From NCBI GenBank assembly GCA_963707955.1, contig OY970176.1, positions 352,001 through 416,000 on the forward strand: 64,000 nucleotides of DNA, given 5' to 3'. Within the stretch, counting starts at the first letter, position 1, and the number at the start of each line of letters is the position of its first letter. This document shows positions 60,419 to 64,000 of this stretch, piece by piece. This DNA is from Candidatus Bathyarchaeota archaeon (lineage in GTDB: Archaea; Thermoproteota; Bathyarchaeia; Bathyarchaeales; Bathycorpusculaceae). A model generated the notes under the pieces. The model did no database searches, was not told the origin of the DNA, and was given only the letters and a program-made list of their open reading frames with translations. The position numbers were made by a program, and so were the translations under genes.

Positions 60419-62476
60419 ATGAAAAAGATAATATCAATAGCACTGATACTAGTCTTCGTTGCATCAACGATCTTTGTTGTAACACCATTCAACATAAAAG
60501 CAGCAAACGCTGCAGCATCAGACAACTACGTTGCCCTCAATGACGCGCAAGTTGCTCCGAAAGGCAACGTTGTATTGCAAGATCCTCTTGTACCTGATTC
60601 CGACCCTGTGCCATACTATTCTATTGGCAGTATCGTGACATGGGTAACCGCGAACACCTATACGGGCGGTTACTATACCCAGCGCTTCATACTAGTGGCC
60701 ATTGGCACCTATGGTGAGATTTGGGTAGCTTGCGATTCGGCTGGGATTTACCAACTAAATTGGCCCAGCGGGGACTCTAGACCCACTCCACAGATATTGA
60801 GCAATGAAATAGCATTCTACATGAACGAGTTCGACACTCTTATCTATCCCACGGACATCAAAGACTTCGGTGTTCCAGCAGTCCGCGACGGCAATGCCGC
60901 CCACTATGGACCTGCAGGACGATACAATGGAACCACGCGCGTAGCGATTCTGATTGAGAATATCATAGACGAAAACTATTATGACCCGACCTATCCATAC
61001 TACGTTGCTGGTTTCTTCGATCCTGGAGTAGATTACTATGTTGGCAGAAACGTTGTGACCATTGATTCCTACGCGTGGGAGCATCGACTGGGACCCCTCG
61101 GAACCGTGTGGACTGACAGCATAGCTGTTAATCGCCCGTACGTTTACGACAGCACTCTGGCACATGAGTTCCAACACCTAATACATGCAGACTGGAACCC
61201 AAGCGACCCTTCGTTCATGAATGAAGGCTGCAGCATGTATGCAGAATATCTCTGCGGCTTTGGAATCGACTCGAACTACGTCAACAGCTACCTCTACACG
61301 CCCGACAACTCTCTCACAGAATGGAGTGACCAAGGTGACATAAACATACTCGCCGACTACGGCGCCGCACTAATGTGGGTGTTGTACCTGAACGACCATT
61401 ATGGTGGAGTAGCTACCATAACCTATTTCGTCCAGAACGGAATACCAGGAATCGACGGAGTAAACGCTGCATTGGCTCATTTCGGCTACAAACATACCAC
61501 ATTCGATGATGTCTACCACGATTGGAGGATCGCAAACCTCATACACACAGACTTTCCTGGTTGCACAAAATACAACTACAAGAGCCTGAACTTGAACGAT
61601 CCAATATACATTTCTGCATTCACACACACGATCAGCGGCCTGCCAGTTCCACAAACTAAAGGCACAGACTTCGGGAACACATTCACGGATCTAGGCTACG
61701 ACACAGGCGTATCTGAGGTTGGACCTTATGGCTCAGACTACATAAACTTCACAAACTGGAAAACGCCAGGCTTCATTTACTTCCAAGGCGACCAATACGC
61801 AACATTTGGCTGGACACAATCTGGCGGTGTATGGTGGTCAGGCTACGGAAACATGATGGACGCACAGCTCATCAGCCAAGCGGTTTCAGTGACCAGTTCA
61901 AACTCGATGCTTACGCTTGTAACAAAATACGGCATGGAAACCACCTATGACTTCGGATTCGTCCAAGTCTCAACGGACAACGGAAAAACATGGACATCAC
62001 TGTCGAACAGCTACACAACTTCTGACTATCAGACAGACGTTCAGGCAATTATAAACAACATGCCAGGACTCAACGACTACAACCCAGACTGGCCAAGCTA
62101 CACAACGATGACATTTGACCTCTCAACTTATATAGGAAAGACAGTGCTCATAAACTTCCGCTACATGACCGACGAGTACACCAACTATGAAGGCTGGTTC
62201 ATACAAAGCGCAAGCGTGGGCACCACAGCGCTGACGCTAACTCCGACCTATCCGAAAGCAACGTACCAAGTCACAGTGATCCAAGCATTTGTAACTCGCG
62301 GAAAGACACAGTACTTGCCATACGACATGTGCTTAACGAAAGACAACAAAGGAATGGGCATCGGTGCCGCGATCAAGCCTGACTACGTCCTCCTGGTAGT
62401 TAGCCCAACGATGCATCAAGGGTTCGCTGACTACAAGTTCCAAGCGACGAAAGTTCCGCTGTTCAAATTCTGCTGA
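60419..62476 (+). CDS. Secreted zinc metallopeptidase (M30/immune-inhibitor-A-like)
   Basis: Signal peptide; AHEFQHLIH, MNEGCS; InhA-like C-domain YDFGFVQVSTDNGKTW, FDLS.Y.G, FRYMTD. Confidence 0.8.
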   Translation: MKKIISIALILVFVASTIFVVTPFNIKAANAAASDNYVALNDAQVAPKGNVVLQDPLVPDSDPVPYYSIGSIVTWVTANTYTGGYYTQRFILVAIGTYGEIWVACDSAGIYQLNWPSGDSRPTPQILSNEIAFYMNEFDTLIYPTDIKDFGVPAVRDGNAAHYGPAGRYNGTTRVAILIENIIDENYYDPTYPYYVAGFFDPGVDYYVGRNVVTIDSYAWEHRLGPLGTVWTDSIAVNRPYVYDSTLAHEFQHLIHADWNPSDPSFMNEGCSMYAEYLCGFGIDSNYVNSYLYTPDNSLTEWSDQGDINILADYGAALMWVLYLNDHYGGVATITYFVQNGIPGIDGVNAALAHFGYKHTTFDDVYHDWRIANLIHTDFPGCTKYNYKSLNLNDPIYISAFTHTISGLPVPQTKGTDFGNTFTDLGYDTGVSEVGPYGSDYINFTNWKTPGFIYFQGDQYATFGWTQSGGVWWSGYGNMMDAQLISQAVSVTSSNSMLTLVTKYGMETTYDFGFVQVSTDNGKTWTSLSNSYTTSDYQTDVQAIINNMPGLNDYNPDWPSYTTMTFDLSTYIGKTVLINFRYMTDEYTNYEGWFIQSASVGTTALTLTPTYPKATYQVTVIQAFVTRGKTQYLPYDMCLTKDNKGMGIGAAIKPDYVLLVVSPTMHQGFADYKFQATKVPLFKFC

Positions 62477-62501
62477 GAACGCGCGATAAGCTGACCCCGC
62501 A

Positions 62502-62531
62502 GCCAAAAAGACCCCCCCCCCTTTTTTGGTT
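62502..62531 (+). terminator. Terminator after the metallopeptidase gene
   Basis: GCCAAAAAG-AC10-TTTTTTGGTT stem plus pyrimidine tract. Confidence 0.5.
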
Positions 62532-62911
62532 CAAAGGACGCGGGCTCATTTAGAAACTTGATTAGATGCTCGGAAGAGCGAAGAAAGAAGCCAGATTGTA
62601 GGCTTCGTTCGTCTCATTCCTGCTCATTAAAGTTGATCTCATAGCAAGCATTTGGAGACCAAGCTTCAACTTAGAATTATGCAGCTAATACAGAACACAG
62701 GATTTCACGCTGTTTCGGATGAACAGGAACGAGTCCGTTTCGACAAGGTCTGATAGTCCAAAGAGAGCGCAAAACAGCGTGCACCCGCTAAATACGAAAA
62801 CAGACCAAAGCCTAGCATTTCGATTGCACGGAAGTCACTTCCCAAATCATGTTAAGGAAAACGTAGAAATACCTCGCTCATGAACATATTATCGGAGAGG
62901 AGGAAGAAAGG

Positions 62912-64000
62912 ATCCACAGAAGAAGTCCTGGCTTAGTCCTTGCCCTACTACTTGTTAGCACAGTAGCGTTGCTTTCTGGTCTTCAAACAGCAAAGGCGAT
63001 TTCAACGATATACATCCAAGCGGACGGAACCGTTTATCCGATAAGTGCGCCAATCCAGAGAAACGGAAACGTGTACACTCTCACTGGCAACATCAACAGT
63101 GAAACAGATGGCATCGTAATCGAAACGAACAACACGATACTAGAAGGAGCAGGACACTCGATTCAAGGGACAAACACTCCATCATCCAATGGAATATACT
63201 TATCAGGAAATTACAACGTAACGATCAGAAACATTGACATTAAAGGATTCGAATCTGGCATTCTGTTCGACGCATACTCAACCTACAACAACATAATAGG
63301 AAACACCGTTGAAAGCAACGTTTATGGAGTCAATTGTTGGGCATATGCAGACAACAACAACATCATTGGAAACAACATAACGGGAAACAGTCTCGCAGGG
63401 GCCTGGCTCGCCGGATCATCAAACGACACAGTGACTGAAAACAACATAGCTGCAAACGGTCTAGGAATCAACCTTCAAAGCTCTTCAAATGACAGTATCT
63501 ATCACAACAATTTTGTTGACAACCCAACTCAAACCAGCATCTATGACTCGCCTGGCACGTGGGACAACGGTTACCCTTCCGGAGGCAACTACTGGAGCGA
63601 CTACATCGGAACAGATTTGTATCGGGGCCCACACCAGAACCAGACTGGAAGCGATGGAATAGGTGACACGCCATACGTCATAGACGCGAACAATACAGAC
63701 AATTACCCCCTTATGGTTCCCTTCGGCTCAGGTCACGACGTAGCTGTCCCTGATGTTCAAACATCAAAAACCGTTGTGGGACTAGGATACAATATGTCAA
63801 TCACAGTCATCGTGGCAGACTACGGAGCATTCAACGAAACCTTCACCACAACGGTATATGCCAACACAACTGCCATTTACGCTCAATCCATGAACTTGGC
63901 AAGCGGCACGACAAAGACAATTACTTGCGCTTGGAACACGACGAACCTTGTTTATGGCAACTGCACCATAAGCGCTTACGCTCTGCCTGTTCAGGGCGAA
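62912..64000 (+). CDS. NosD/parallel beta-helix surface protein with CARDB-like domain (runs off window)
   Basis: TIYIQADG, GIVIE, Asn-rich repeats, IYHNNF, WDNGYPSGGNYWSDY, GIGDTPY, DNYPL, HDVAV; the signal peptide begins at ATC 62912. Confidence 0.85.
   Translation, partial: MHRRSPGLVLALLLVSTVALLSGLQTAKAISTIYIQADGTVYPISAPIQRNGNVYTLTGNINSETDGIVIETNNTILEGAGHSIQGTNTPSSNGIYLSGNYNVTIRNIDIKGFESGILFDAYSTYNNIIGNTVESNVYGVNCWAYADNNNIIGNNITGNSLAGAWLAGSSNDTVTENNIAANGLGINLQSSSNDSIYHNNFVDNPTQTSIYDSPGTWDNGYPSGGNYWSDYIGTDLYRGPHQNQTGSDGIGDTPYVIDANNTDNYPLMVPFGSGHDVAVPDVQTSKTVVGLGYNMSITVIVADYGAFNETFTTTVYANTTAIYAQSMNLASGTTKTITCAWNTTNLVYGNCTISAYALPVQGE

Noticed and set aside
411-63674. Numerous antisense and overlapping ORFs in the six-frame track
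   Set aside because: They are shadows of well-supported genes and have no recognisable motifs.
1-64000. CRISPR array or cas genes
   Set aside because: No regularly spaced direct repeats and no Cas-like ORFs were seen.

Overview
Archaeal chromosomal window. Nop5/fibrillarin, Trm1, archaeal IleRS/MetRS, CdrS-like RHH plus FtsZ and a tungsten-type AOR are present; gene content suggests Bathyarchaeia, but that is inference. About 1-26 kb is mostly housekeeping (pncB, mtaB-like, ftsZ, metG, hom, trm1, rnhB, flpA, nop5, pyrD/pyrK) with several duplication remnants. About 27-64 kb is a patchwork of accessory genes in mixed orientation: three radical SAM enzymes including a Grs/Gms-like one, ABC exporters, surface proteins and peptidases, ileS, tRNA-Ala(CGC) and a frameshifted IS5/IS1182-like element. 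The most striking unexplained signal is a highly iterated palindrome, TAGCGCGC(GC)TA / (CG)4-5. About 25 runs of 8 nt or more (manual count; about 1 expected by chance) lie almost only at gene boundaries and gene-fragment ends. The same motif also forms the outer ends of the IS and sits at or near the ends of related MITE-like remnants. Other notable items are an attL/attR-like site pair around a 415-bp mini-cassette, a dispersed ~160-bp repeat, a candidate structured RNA and an FtsZ with a T7-loop Asp-to-Asn change. All calls were made by eye, without database searches.
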